Shown here piece by piece: positions 26,813 through 35,390 of a stretch of DNA of 64,000 nt (the stretch's first letter is position 1; every line of letters begins with the position of its first letter). This DNA comes from an uncultured Pseudomonadota bacterium. Lineage in GTDB: Bacteria; Desulfobacterota; Syntrophorhabdia; Syntrophorhabdales; CAYQXL01. Position numbers and translations under genes: made by a program. The DNA lies in assembly GCA_964651435.1 (NCBI GenBank), contig CAZYVU010000001.1, forward strand, positions 54,440-118,439. Direction: 5' to 3'. The notes beneath the pieces were generated by a model. The model ran no database searches. It had not been told where the DNA came from and was given only the letters and a program-made list of their open reading frames with translations.

Positions 26813-27117
26813 TGCAATCCTCATCAAGGGGCTTGGCCACAGGCTTTTGTTCGCCTATTTTGCCGATACAGCCGGCTGCTGCCGCCATTTCACAGGCGCA
26901 ATCAGATTGCGTGCCTGCTGCCATCGGCATAGAACGGGCTTTCGCATGAGACTATCAAGATTGCCCGGGCTCTTACCGCACTTTTTTCTTGAAAAGATGT
27001 ACGAATTTGAGGAGAATCTTGATGAAGTGCCAGCCGATTTCATCGCGTTGGGGCGCCCTGGAGTTTGAGCCCCAAGGCAACGCCTCAATTGGGCTGATTC
27101 CCGTCGGGAGGGGGGAG

Positions 27118-27720
27118 ATGAGGACCGCACGAATCTTCGTTTGTCTGTTCCTGCTCATCTTTATGGCTGGCTGCGCGTCCCGCATCATCAAGATAGAGCA
27201 GCCCTACACTCCTTTTGAGCGACCCCATTATACGGTCTTGTCGCCACAAGGGGCGGATTGGCGTTTCATTGAAACGGATGCCCCGGGAAAGCATGTCTTG
27301 ACCTTCTTTTTGCCGCCACGAGAGACAACGCATACCGTCTATGCCTCCGTAAAGGAGGTACCCTCAAAGCCCAACTTCGACACTCCGGAAGAATTTCATT
27401 CGTTCCTTCAGAAGGCTCAATCCTTGGGGCTCGATGAAAGGCGTTTCACCGTGATCGAGGAGGATATCAGGCTGGACGACAAGTTTGGAAAATTCTCCGT
27501 TGCATATTCTTCAAAGGTGGAAGACCACGGCGCAGCGCGGATGGATGACGCCCCATTCCTGATCATGCAGACCTACGGTTACTTTTTCATTCACCCCTAC
27601 GCGAAGAATCTGCTTATGGAAATCGAGTATTCCGAGCGTGGCAAGCCCGACCAACTGGATGCCGATTTTGTCGAGAAGGGCAAGGCCTTCGTCAGCGGTC
27701 TCCGGCTAAAAGAAAAATGA
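27118..27720 (+). CDS. Hypothetical lipoprotein
   Basis: In-frame part of ORF 26989..27720. GGGAGGGGGGAG RBS. Signal peptide with lipobox FMAGC. No known domain recognised. Confidence 0.7.
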   Translation: MRTARIFVCLFLLIFMAGCASRIIKIEQPYTPFERPHYTVLSPQGADWRFIETDAPGKHVLTFFLPPRETTHTVYASVKEVPSKPNFDTPEEFHSFLQKAQSLGLDERRFTVIEEDIRLDDKFGKFSVAYSSKVEDHGAARMDDAPFLIMQTYGYFFIHPYAKNLLMEIEYSERGKPDQLDADFVEKGKAFVSGLRLKEK

Positions 27721-28163
27721 AGATAAAGCATTTCAGTGCTTACACCGTCGTTGTCCTCTTTTTCGTGGTATTGTCGGGTTGCGCCATTCATACGGTGGAG
27801 ATCAAGCGGCCGGACTTGATTGAACCACATAAGACCATGTTTGTTTTCGGCCATGAAGATGTGGCCGATATCAACAAGACGGTGAAGAAGAATTTGACGG
27901 GCATGGGGTTTAGCCTCGTTCAGGAAAAGAGTGATGCAGAGCTGCTCGTCGACTACAATTTCAACTGTCGCTTCGATGTATTCCATTACACATGCAAGAC
28001 GTTCAACCTGTTCGTGACCGACAGCAAGTCAAGGGAAACGGCGATTCAGGCGAAGTTCTGGGCCGACACCCCATTCAGCGCAGAGACCTTGGTCAATGAC
28101 CTGTTTAAGAAATTGGAAGGGGAGTTAGAGAATAAAAAGGTGCGGCCCAATGGCAGGGAGTGA
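27717..28163 (+). CDS. Hypothetical lipoprotein
   Basis: ATGA overlap with the previous gene. Signal peptide with lipobox VLSGC. AT-richer than the surroundings. Confidence 0.7.
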   Translation: MKIKHFSAYTVVVLFFVVLSGCAIHTVEIKRPDLIEPHKTMFVFGHEDVADINKTVKKNLTGMGFSLVQEKSDAELLVDYNFNCRFDVFHYTCKTFNLFVTDSKSRETAIQAKFWADTPFSAETLVNDLFKKLEGELENKKVRPNGRE

Positions 28164-28192
28164 GTAAGGGGGTCGCCCGAGAGGATTAACGC

Positions 28193-30058
28193 CTATCGCT
28201 CATCTGCCGAAGAGCCCCGGTCCCAGGCGTGGTCGTTCAGGGCGGGATTATGCTCCAGGTCGTTTCTGAGCAGCTCTTCCTGCATCGATATCTGCTTTCT
28301 CGTCCGGCAGATGTAGGCCTCCTGGTCGTGGCGGTGGGCCGCCAGCTCCGGCAGCGCTGCTTCGTCGTACTTGAGAAAGTTTTGGCCGGCCCTGGTAGCC
28401 GTATACCGCCTGAAACCCAGCTTGACCAGCGCATCCACCCCGAGGCGGACCGACGTCTCCAGTGATTCACGATAGACGTTTTTAACGCCGGCGTCGATCA
28501 GGTCATAGGCATCGGTGCGGTTTCTGGCCCTTACCATGACGGTGAGGCCGGGAAACTCTTTCTTTGTCCTCTCCACGAGTTCCGCGTTGATCTCCGGCGA
28601 ATCGATGGAAGCGATTAAGACCTTCGCATGGTCGGCACCGGCCGATTTGAGGATGTCCATCCGCGTTGCATCACCGTAAAAGACCTTGAATCCCGTCTTT
28701 CTGAGGACATCGACCCTGTCCGAATCATTGTCCAGGATGGTGGTATGAATACCGTTGGCCCGCAGGAACCGGCCGATGGTGCTGCCGAAATGGCCAAAGC
28801 CGGCGATGATTACCGGATGCTCCCCTTCTATGTGGTCCGCCTCCTTTTCCTCTACGGCCTCTTTCGTACCGAACCGGGGGAGGATCAGCCGCTCGCTCAC
28901 GAGCAACAAAAGGGGCGTTACGGTCATGCTTATTGCCGTAACCCCCATCATCAGGTCTGCCCGGTATGCCGACAGGATGCCAAGCTGGGCGGCAAACGAA
29001 AAGAGGACAAAGGCGAATTCGCCGACCTGGGCAAGCCCCAGGGTAAAAATGGCATTCTGATCAAAGCTCAAGTGCGTCAACCTGCCCGTCACATAGAGCA
29101 CGAAGGCCTTGATGGCCACAACGCCGAAAACAAGCGCAATGACGGTAAGGGGGTTATCTACGATGAGCCTGAAGTTGATGGAGGCCCCTACGGCGATGAA
29201 GAAGAGCCCAAGCAGCACGCCCTTGAAGGGCTCGATGTCGCTTTCCAGTTGATGGCGGAACTGAGAATTGGCAAGAACGACGCCGGCCAGGAACGTGCCA
29301 AGCGCCGGGCTGAGGCCGACGACTGCCATCAGGTCGGCCGTAGCGATGACGATGAGCAGCGCCGCAGCCGTGAAAAGCTCCCTGAGACGGATACGCGCCA
29401 CAAACCGCAGAAAGGGTACGATGATGATCCTGCCGCCGAGGACAACGGCTGTCACCGCCCCTATCAGCGTCAGGGTCTGTGCCCACCCGGGCAGCCCTTC
29501 CATGAATGTTCCATGTCCGTCGGACGACACCTGAACCGACGAAACCGCCAGGAGCGGCAGCACGGCGAGGATGGGTATTACGGATATGTCCTGAAAAAGG
29601 AGCACGGCGAAGGATGACCTCCCCGCTTCCGTTCTCGCCAAGCCCTTTTCGCGAAGGGTTTGCATCACTATGGCCGTCGAGGACATGGATAGCGCAAGGC
29701 CGCAGGCGAGGGCTGAAGGCCAGGAAAAACCGACCGCCGCCAGGCCCCCGAAGCAAAGCAGGGTCGTACCGAGCACCTGGGTTGCACCCGTACCCGCAAT
29801 CATCTTCCGCATTCTCCACAGGTGTGCGGGCTCCAGTTCGAGCCCGATGAGAAAGAGCATCATTACCACACCGAATTCGGCAAAGTGCATGATGTCTTTA
29901 CCCTCCTCGCCCACAAACCCGAGAAAGAACGGACCAATGATGATGCCTCCCAGCAGGTAGCCCAGCACCGAGCCCATGCCGAGCCTCTTGGCAAGGGGTA
30001 CAAAGACAACGGCGGCGGCAAGATAGATCAGCGCGTCGTGGAGAAAGCCGTTGCTCAT
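28193..30058 (-). CDS. kefB: Glutathione-regulated K+ efflux/CPA2 antiporter KefB/KefC-type with C-terminal RCK (TrkA-N) domain
   Basis: 13-TM Na_H exchanger region, then Rossmann IIAGFGHFG and the KTN domain. 621 aa. Confidence 0.9.
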   Translation of the reverse strand: MSNGFLHDALIYLAAAVVFVPLAKRLGMGSVLGYLLGGIIIGPFFLGFVGEEGKDIMHFAEFGVVMMLFLIGLELEPAHLWRMRKMIAGTGATQVLGTTLLCFGGLAAVGFSWPSALACGLALSMSSTAIVMQTLREKGLARTEAGRSSFAVLLFQDISVIPILAVLPLLAVSSVQVSSDGHGTFMEGLPGWAQTLTLIGAVTAVVLGGRIIIVPFLRFVARIRLRELFTAAALLIVIATADLMAVVGLSPALGTFLAGVVLANSQFRHQLESDIEPFKGVLLGLFFIAVGASINFRLIVDNPLTVIALVFGVVAIKAFVLYVTGRLTHLSFDQNAIFTLGLAQVGEFAFVLFSFAAQLGILSAYRADLMMGVTAISMTVTPLLLLVSERLILPRFGTKEAVEEKEADHIEGEHPVIIAGFGHFGSTIGRFLRANGIHTTILDNDSDRVDVLRKTGFKVFYGDATRMDILKSAGADHAKVLIASIDSPEINAELVERTKKEFPGLTVMVRARNRTDAYDLIDAGVKNVYRESLETSVRLGVDALVKLGFRRYTATRAGQNFLKYDEAALPELAAHRHDQEAYICRTRKQISMQEELLRNDLEHNPALNDHAWDRGSSADER

Positions 30059-30663
30059 GACGTGACGCGGCCGCCCCGCCCTGCGAGCCAGTCGTTGAGA
30101 TATTCGTATCGCCCCGCAGATTCCGGGTCGTACTCGCCCAGGGCCAGCCTTTCCAGGAGCTGGAGGTAGAGCCGCCCCTGCCCCTCCATCTCTTCGGTGG
30201 AAAGGCGGTATGTGCCATGGACAACAAAGGGTGGGAGGTAGGTCGTCTTGCAGAGGCGCGCTGTTTGCTCAAAGGGAGCCAGAAACTGCCGCATGGTGTA
30301 TCCTGCGCTCCCTCCCGGGCCATAGACGTCCCGTGCGCCACCGGCCGTCAGCGCATTGAAAATGGTCTTCCCCTTCAGGTGGTCACCGCCGCCATGGGCC
30401 CAGCCATACTCGAGGACCATGTCTATCCATTGCTTGAGGAGCGCCGGAGCACCATACATGTACAAGGGGTGCTGCCACACAATGACCTGGTGATCGATGA
30501 GAAGGGACTGTTCATAGGGTGCATCGACATTGAAATCCGGATACTCCTCGTAGAGGTCGCGCAGGGTGGCGGCAGGCAGATGTGTCACGGCATCGAGGAG
30601 GGCACGGTTTGCTTTCGAGTTTTCAAACCTGGGGTGGGCAAAAAGAATAAGTATTCTGTTCAT
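30055..30663 (-). CDS. kefG: KefF/KefG-type flavodoxin-like NAD(P)H quinone oxidoreductase, ancillary subunit
   Basis: MNRILILFAHPRFENSKANRAL N-terminus typical of KefG/KefF. ATGA overlap with kefB. Confidence 0.88.
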   Translation of the reverse strand: MNRILILFAHPRFENSKANRALLDAVTHLPAATLRDLYEEYPDFNVDAPYEQSLLIDHQVIVWQHPLYMYGAPALLKQWIDMVLEYGWAHGGGDHLKGKTIFNALTAGGARDVYGPGGSAGYTMRQFLAPFEQTARLCKTTYLPPFVVHGTYRLSTEEMEGQGRLYLQLLERLALGEYDPESAGRYEYLNDWLAGRGGRVTS

Positions 30664-30786
30664 CGCAGGGCTCGCTTGCCACGTAGCGCCTCACCCGGCA
30701 CCGCTTGTTTCCTGCGCGGGCAAGAAGGCGGTGAGTTCCTCTTCTTACCACACAAGGAACAACCTTTACAAGCTCCGGCATCCGCT

Positions 30787-30816
30787 TTGACAACGAAGCG
30801 GGTTTAATGGTATTAA
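30787..30816 (+). promoter_or_regulatory. Sigma70-type promoter upstream of the MORN-rnk operon
   Basis: TTGACA (30787..30792), 18 nt, TATTAA (30811..30816). Implies a leader of about 215 nt before the 31038 start. Confidence 0.6.
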
Positions 30817-31037
30817 TAAAGCATGGTTACGTGTGGTCTCTATTGCAGCCGTTCCTACCGGGAAGATTTTCTCGAATCCGCCTTCAAGACAATTCTCTAA
30901 AAACTGATTGCGCTTTGTCGTGCTGGGTTGTAACCGGGCGACGCCCGCACCGCCTGTTCCCAGCCGGGGGGTAAGCACTGAACGGATGCGAGGGGGATCC
31001 TCACGACACAAGACCTGGGATAAAGAGAAGAAAATCT

Positions 31038-31721
31038 GTGCCGGAGGCTATCGACGTGTATCGGGTGAGGAGGGTTTCCTCCTTCAAGCAAGGCGGGGAA
31101 CGGGAAGATGTACGTTATTACGTGGGCGATGAAGAGATCGCCGCGGAGGTCTACGACGGGGATGGTCGCCTTCTTCAGAGGTCTGGGAGCATTCCAGACG
31201 GAGAGGTAGCGGAACTGTACCGGTCGGGCGAGGTGAGGCGCCTTCTGGGCTTCAAGGACGGCAAGGCCCACGGCACGTTTGCAGAGTATTATCCGACGGG
31301 AGAGATAAAGGAGGAGGGTGCATTCTTCGAGGGCAGGCTCCACGGCCCAAACAGGATGTACCGGCGGGACGGCAGGCTGTGGGTCGAGGCAACATACGCA
31401 GAGGGAAGGCTCGACGGGACGTTCACGAGCTACCACGACAACGGGAACGTAGAGACGCGGGCCCACTACAGCACGGGAAGCCTCGACGGCCCGTACAGGC
31501 GTTACGACAGGCACGGGACATTGCTTGAGGAGGCATCGTTCAGGAACGGGAAGAGGCATGGCGACTGCGCGCTTTACGATGACACGGGACGTCTTGAGCG
31601 CTTGGAGCGATATGTGGATGGACTTCCCACCGGCATACGCACCTCATGCCCGGGAGCGGAAGAGTGCTTCGCGGGTCCGTCAAAGGCAGGCAGAGAAAGG
31701 CTTAAGGAGGAAAGGCCATGA
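31038..31721 (+). CDS. MORN-repeat protein (YwqK-like)
   Basis: Repeated G...G....Y..(N/D)G motifs (GKAHGTFAEYYPTGE, GRLHGPNRMYRRDG, GRLDGTFTSYHDNG, GSLDGPYRRYDRHG, GKRHGDCALYDDTG). GTG start. Confidence 0.8.
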   Translation: MPEAIDVYRVRRVSSFKQGGEREDVRYYVGDEEIAAEVYDGDGRLLQRSGSIPDGEVAELYRSGEVRRLLGFKDGKAHGTFAEYYPTGEIKEEGAFFEGRLHGPNRMYRRDGRLWVEATYAEGRLDGTFTSYHDNGNVETRAHYSTGSLDGPYRRYDRHGTLLEEASFRNGKRHGDCALYDDTGRLERLERYVDGLPTGIRTSCPGAEECFAGPSKAGRERLKEERP

Positions 31722-32125
31722 AAAAAGGGGAAATTTACATTACGGAATATGACATGAAAAGGCTGCGGTCCCTTATCGAGATCGGCAGCAAGAAGGACGC
31801 GGGGTACCTGGAACGCCTGGAGGAAGAGCTTGACCGGGCGATCATCGTCGACCCGAAGGACATCCCTGAAGATGTGATAACCATGAACTCGCGGGTACGC
31901 ATCCGAGATGTCGATTCAGGTGAAGAAAGGACCTTCATCCTCGTCTTTCCAGGCCAGGGGCAAACGAGCGAGATGGCCATCTCCGTCTTGGCGCCTATCG
32001 GAACGGCCCTCCTCGGGTATCGGGAGGGCGAGATCATCGAATGGGAGGTCCCAGGCGGGTTGAAGCGCTTCCAGGTGGCGGAGATCATCTATCAGCCCGA
32101 GCGGCTGGGGAACTACACCCTGTGA
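31718..32125 (+). CDS. rnk: Regulator of nucleoside diphosphate kinase Rnk (GreA/GreB C-terminal-domain family)
   Basis: Collinear similarity to E. coli Rnk as I recall it (DVITMNSRV...D..SGEE....LV.P......ISVLAPIGTALLG...G..I.WE.PGG......V..I.YQPE). ATGA overlap with the MORN gene. Confidence 0.88.
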   Translation: MKKGEIYITEYDMKRLRSLIEIGSKKDAGYLERLEEELDRAIIVDPKDIPEDVITMNSRVRIRDVDSGEERTFILVFPGQGQTSEMAISVLAPIGTALLGYREGEIIEWEVPGGLKRFQVAEIIYQPERLGNYTL

Positions 32126-32187
32126 CAGCCAAAGCCCTTGTAAAGTGCCGGTCCCTGTGATACAAGTAAGGCGTGGGGTCTCTCTGA

Positions 32188-32589
32188 ATGGGTATTGACG
32201 GCGAAGGTACAAAGGCACGGGCTCGCTTGAAGGTTTCGCTCTGGGAAGAGTCGAGAGGGATCAGGCGCATCGACCTTTTTCCCGACTTCATTTCCAGCGG
32301 CAGGACCGTCGACATCGTTCCGCGAGCGGGCTACAACGTTGCCGATTACCTGCGGAGCGTCCTCGCGCCGGTCGCCTGCCCCGAGTGCAGCGCCAAGAAG
32401 ATGAACCTGCACGTCGGGGGAATAAAGGAACGTTTCCTCAAGATAACGGGCCGGAGGATTCTCGTCTGTCCTCAGTGCCGGTGCAGAAGGATCGTCAAAA
32501 TGCATCGTTGGGAATGGGAAATCGTCGGGACGGCGGTGGCCGTTTCCGCTGTTCTGTTCCTTTTCTCCGTTCAGTGGGTAGTCCGGTGA
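32188..32589 (+). CDS. Hypothetical zinc-ribbon protein with C-terminal TM helix
   Basis: CPEC...(x28)...CPQC pairs and a hydrophobic C-terminus (IVGTAVAVSAVLFLFSV). Confidence 0.5.
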   Translation: MGIDGEGTKARARLKVSLWEESRGIRRIDLFPDFISSGRTVDIVPRAGYNVADYLRSVLAPVACPECSAKKMNLHVGGIKERFLKITGRRILVCPQCRCRRIVKMHRWEWEIVGTAVAVSAVLFLFSVQWVVR

Positions 32590-32638
32590 GACGGACGGAC
32601 GGCCCTGGCCTTCTTGTTCCCTGATCCACCCGTCGCCG

Positions 32639-33151
32639 ATGGTCCGGCCAAAAACAATCATCCTTTCCGTTATCTTCCTGCTTTGCCTCGCCGCCCTCGG
32701 CACCGCTGCCTTTCTTTATGCCCGGGGCACACCTCGCTATTCTCTCTATATGCTGAAAAGGGCGCTCGTTGCCCAGGATGGGGGGCAGGTCTTCCGGTAT
32801 GCCGACATGGATCGCATTGCCGATGCTGCGGTGGAGAAGGTTTTCAAAGACGTGGGAAAGCCCGGCGATGGTCCGGGCAACACAGCAGGGCGCTTCGACA
32901 AGAAAGAGTTTCTTCGCCGGGCCCTGCCCTCACTAAAACAGAACCTGCAGGAACAGGCGCGGGCCCAAATCATCGCCTACCTGCAGGACGATAAGGTCCG
33001 CGAAGCCATCGACGGCGCCACGATCTGGGCCTTTCAGATTAGACAGGAAGGGGGCCGGGCCGTCGTTTCCTACGGAAACAAAGAACGGCTTGCCATGGAG
33101 CGGGCCGAAGCCGGGACGTACTGGCGGGTGGTAGAAATCTTCTGGGAGTGA
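32639..33151 (+). CDS. Hypothetical membrane-anchored protein (DUF2939-like)
   Basis: N-terminal TM, then YSLYMLKRAL...D......ADMDRI, a pattern reminiscent of DUF2939. Confidence 0.55.
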   Translation: MVRPKTIILSVIFLLCLAALGTAAFLYARGTPRYSLYMLKRALVAQDGGQVFRYADMDRIADAAVEKVFKDVGKPGDGPGNTAGRFDKKEFLRRALPSLKQNLQEQARAQIIAYLQDDKVREAIDGATIWAFQIRQEGGRAVVSYGNKERLAMERAEAGTYWRVVEIFWE

Positions 33152-33183
33152 GGGGCCCCCTTTAAGCCGGCGCAGAGGCGAGA

Positions 33184-34638
33184 CTATTGGGCGTTCCGCC
33201 GCTCCCGGGACGAAGGAATGTTCATGATCTCCCTGTATTTTGCCACGGTCCGGCGGGCAATGTGAACGCCCTGGGTCTCCTTGAGCCTCTGCGCAATTTC
33301 ATCGTCCGAAAGAGGGTGCTCCTTGTTCTCGGCACCGACGATCTCCCGGATGACATCCATGACCACGTTGGTCGAAAGGGCGCCGCCGTCGTCGTTGCTT
33401 AGGGCCGTCGGAAAAAAGAACTTCATTTCGTAGATGCCCTGGGGCGTGCTCATGTACTTGTTCGCCGTTACCCTGCTTACCGTCGATTCGTGGACCCCCA
33501 CCTCACCGGCAACGTCCCGGAGGTTGAGCGGCTTCAGGAAGCGCAAGCCCTTCTCGAGGAATTCCTGCTGGAAGCTTACAAGGCTTGTGGCCACCTGATA
33601 AAGGGTTCGCTGGCGCTGCTGTATGCTTGATATGAACCACTGGGCCTGCTTCACCTTCTGCCGTACATAACGCCTCGCTTCCCCGTTCACCCCTTTGCTT
33701 CTGTACAAGTCAAGGTAATACCTGCTCATCTTCAGCTCCGGGATGTCGTCCTCGTTTAGGTATACCTGGAAGCCGTCGTCGCCTTTGACAACAAAGACAT
33801 CGGGGACGATGGGAGATGCGTAGTCGTCGCTGAAGTTTCTGCCGGGCTTGGGGTCAAAGCTTTTTATCCGCTCCCAGACATCACGGATCTTGTCGGCGGG
33901 ATAACCGGTCTTCTTTTCAATTTCTTTGATCGTCGCCTTGGAAAAGAGGTCGAAGTGTTTCGTGACGAGGTTCTCGAAAATGGGGTCCCGGTCCCCTGAC
34001 GCCTCGTACTGGAGCAGGATGCACTCCTTCAGGTTTCTGGCGCCCACGCCGGCAGGATCAAGCCTCTGAACCTTTCTGAGAACGGCCTCAAAGTGTCCCT
34101 CGTCAAGCCAGGCGTCTTTGATCCATTCCTGATATCCGCGATCTTGGGCTTCCTGCTTACTCTTTCTGGCGCTTTCTACGATCTCGGGGAGAGGATAAGC
34201 AAGGTAACCGTTATCATCGATGTTTTCAATGATCCACTCCCCTACGGCCCTCTCATCGTAGTCAAAGTCGGAGAGCGCCATCTGCCAGCGAAGGTGGTCC
34301 CTCAGGCTGGGTGTCTTTCGCAAGAGGTTTTCATAATCGAAACCGGGGGCGGCCTCTCGCTCTTCAAAGCTTTCCGACGCCGAGTAGCGCTCCAGGAGCT
34401 CGCCGATCTCTTCGCTTTCCGCTCCTACCGAGGCATCGTCAGCCCGCTCCTCCCCTTCGCCCGGCACCCCACCTTCTTCCGCCGTTGGCTCGGCCATCTC
34501 CAGAAGGGGGTTTTCCTTCAGCTCCTGTGCGATCTCCTCCAGCAGCTCAACCTTCGAAAGCTGGAGCAGCTTGATTGCGTGCTGGAGCTGCTGCGTAAGG
34601 ACCGGTTGGAGTTTCTGAACCTGTTTAAGTTCCAACAT
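33184..34638 (-). CDS. rpoN: RNA polymerase sigma-54 factor
   Basis: In-frame part of ORF 33184..34740; start MLELKQVQKLQPVLTQQLQHAIKLLQLS (region I). Acidic region II. C-terminal HTH and RpoN box (ARRTVAKYRE). Confidence 0.95.
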   Translation of the reverse strand: MLELKQVQKLQPVLTQQLQHAIKLLQLSKVELLEEIAQELKENPLLEMAEPTAEEGGVPGEGEERADDASVGAESEEIGELLERYSASESFEEREAAPGFDYENLLRKTPSLRDHLRWQMALSDFDYDERAVGEWIIENIDDNGYLAYPLPEIVESARKSKQEAQDRGYQEWIKDAWLDEGHFEAVLRKVQRLDPAGVGARNLKECILLQYEASGDRDPIFENLVTKHFDLFSKATIKEIEKKTGYPADKIRDVWERIKSFDPKPGRNFSDDYASPIVPDVFVVKGDDGFQVYLNEDDIPELKMSRYYLDLYRSKGVNGEARRYVRQKVKQAQWFISSIQQRQRTLYQVATSLVSFQQEFLEKGLRFLKPLNLRDVAGEVGVHESTVSRVTANKYMSTPQGIYEMKFFFPTALSNDDGGALSTNVVMDVIREIVGAENKEHPLSDDEIAQRLKETQGVHIARRTVAKYREIMNIPSSRERRNAQ

Positions 34639-35389
34639 GGATATGAAACTCATCGCCAAGGTAGACTTGCCGCACCATCTTGTCGGCAGCCACGCCTTCC
34701 GGAGTTCCCTCCAGAAGGACCTTGCCGTCGTTGATGACATAGGCCCGGTCGCATATGGGAAGCGAGTCCCTCACGTTGTGGTCCGAAAGCAGTATCCCGA
34801 TGCCCTGATCCCTGAGGTTGGTTATAATCTTCTTGAGATCGGAAACAGAAATAGGATCGATGCCGGAGAACGGCTCGTCAAGCAACATAAAACGGGGGGC
34901 AATCATGAGGGCCCGGGCGATTTCGAGACGCCTTCGCTCTCCGCCCGAGAGGGATTCGGCGACATTGCTCACAAGGTGGTCCAGCTTAAAGAACTCCAAA
35001 AGCTCAAGCACCTTGTGGTCAACCGTTTCCCGGTCAATGTCGCGGAACTCCAGGATGGCCTTCAGATTGTCCTCCACCGTCATCTTGCGAAAAACGGACG
35101 GCTCCTGCGGCAGGTAGGTTATGCCCTTTCTGGCCCTCATGAACATGGGAAGGAGCGTTATCTCTTCCGTATCAATGAGGATTCGCCCGCTGTCGGGCTT
35201 GATGAACCCGATGATCATATAGAAGGACGTAGTCTTCCCTGCGCCGTTGGGGCCGAAGAGCCCCACTATCTCTCCCATCTTGACGTTCATGCTTATGTGG
35301 TCGACAACGGTTCTCGACCGATAGCTTTTCGTGATCGCCTCGACGTTCAGTTGCGACGCAGGCATGCTGTTGCTGTTCGTCTGTCCCAT
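34625..35389 (-). CDS. lptB: LPS export ABC transporter ATP-binding protein LptB
   Basis: Walker A GPNGAGKTT, signature LSGGERRRLEIARAL, Walker B LLDEPF. Sits between the lptC/A-like gene and rpoN. Confidence 0.93.
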   Translation of the reverse strand: MGQTNSNSMPASQLNVEAITKSYRSRTVVDHISMNVKMGEIVGLFGPNGAGKTTSFYMIIGFIKPDSGRILIDTEEITLLPMFMRARKGITYLPQEPSVFRKMTVEDNLKAILEFRDIDRETVDHKVLELLEFFKLDHLVSNVAESLSGGERRRLEIARALMIAPRFMLLDEPFSGIDPISVSDLKKIITNLRDQGIGILLSDHNVRDSLPICDRAYVINDGKVLLEGTPEGVAADKMVRQVYLGDEFHIHVGT

Positions 35390-35390
35390 C

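Noticed and set aside
26631-27068. 145-aa plus-strand ORF in the island gap
   Set aside because: Phe/Leu/Cys/Pro-rich nonsense-like composition. Its first 95 nt are simply the antisense of the Lys-rich small ORF, which has a far better RBS and promoter.
30664-30786. c-di-AMP (ydaO-type) riboswitch upstream of the K+ efflux genes kefGB
   Set aside because: The minus-strand leader is short and lacks the ACCCGA..CAGCTAACCTCGTAAGCG-type conserved segments.
23564-33183. Intact genomic island or prophage at tRNA-Ala
   Set aside because: No integrase, recombinase, phage or conjugation genes are present. I could not find a direct repeat of the tRNA-Ala 3' end. Only compositional and gene-content hints remain.
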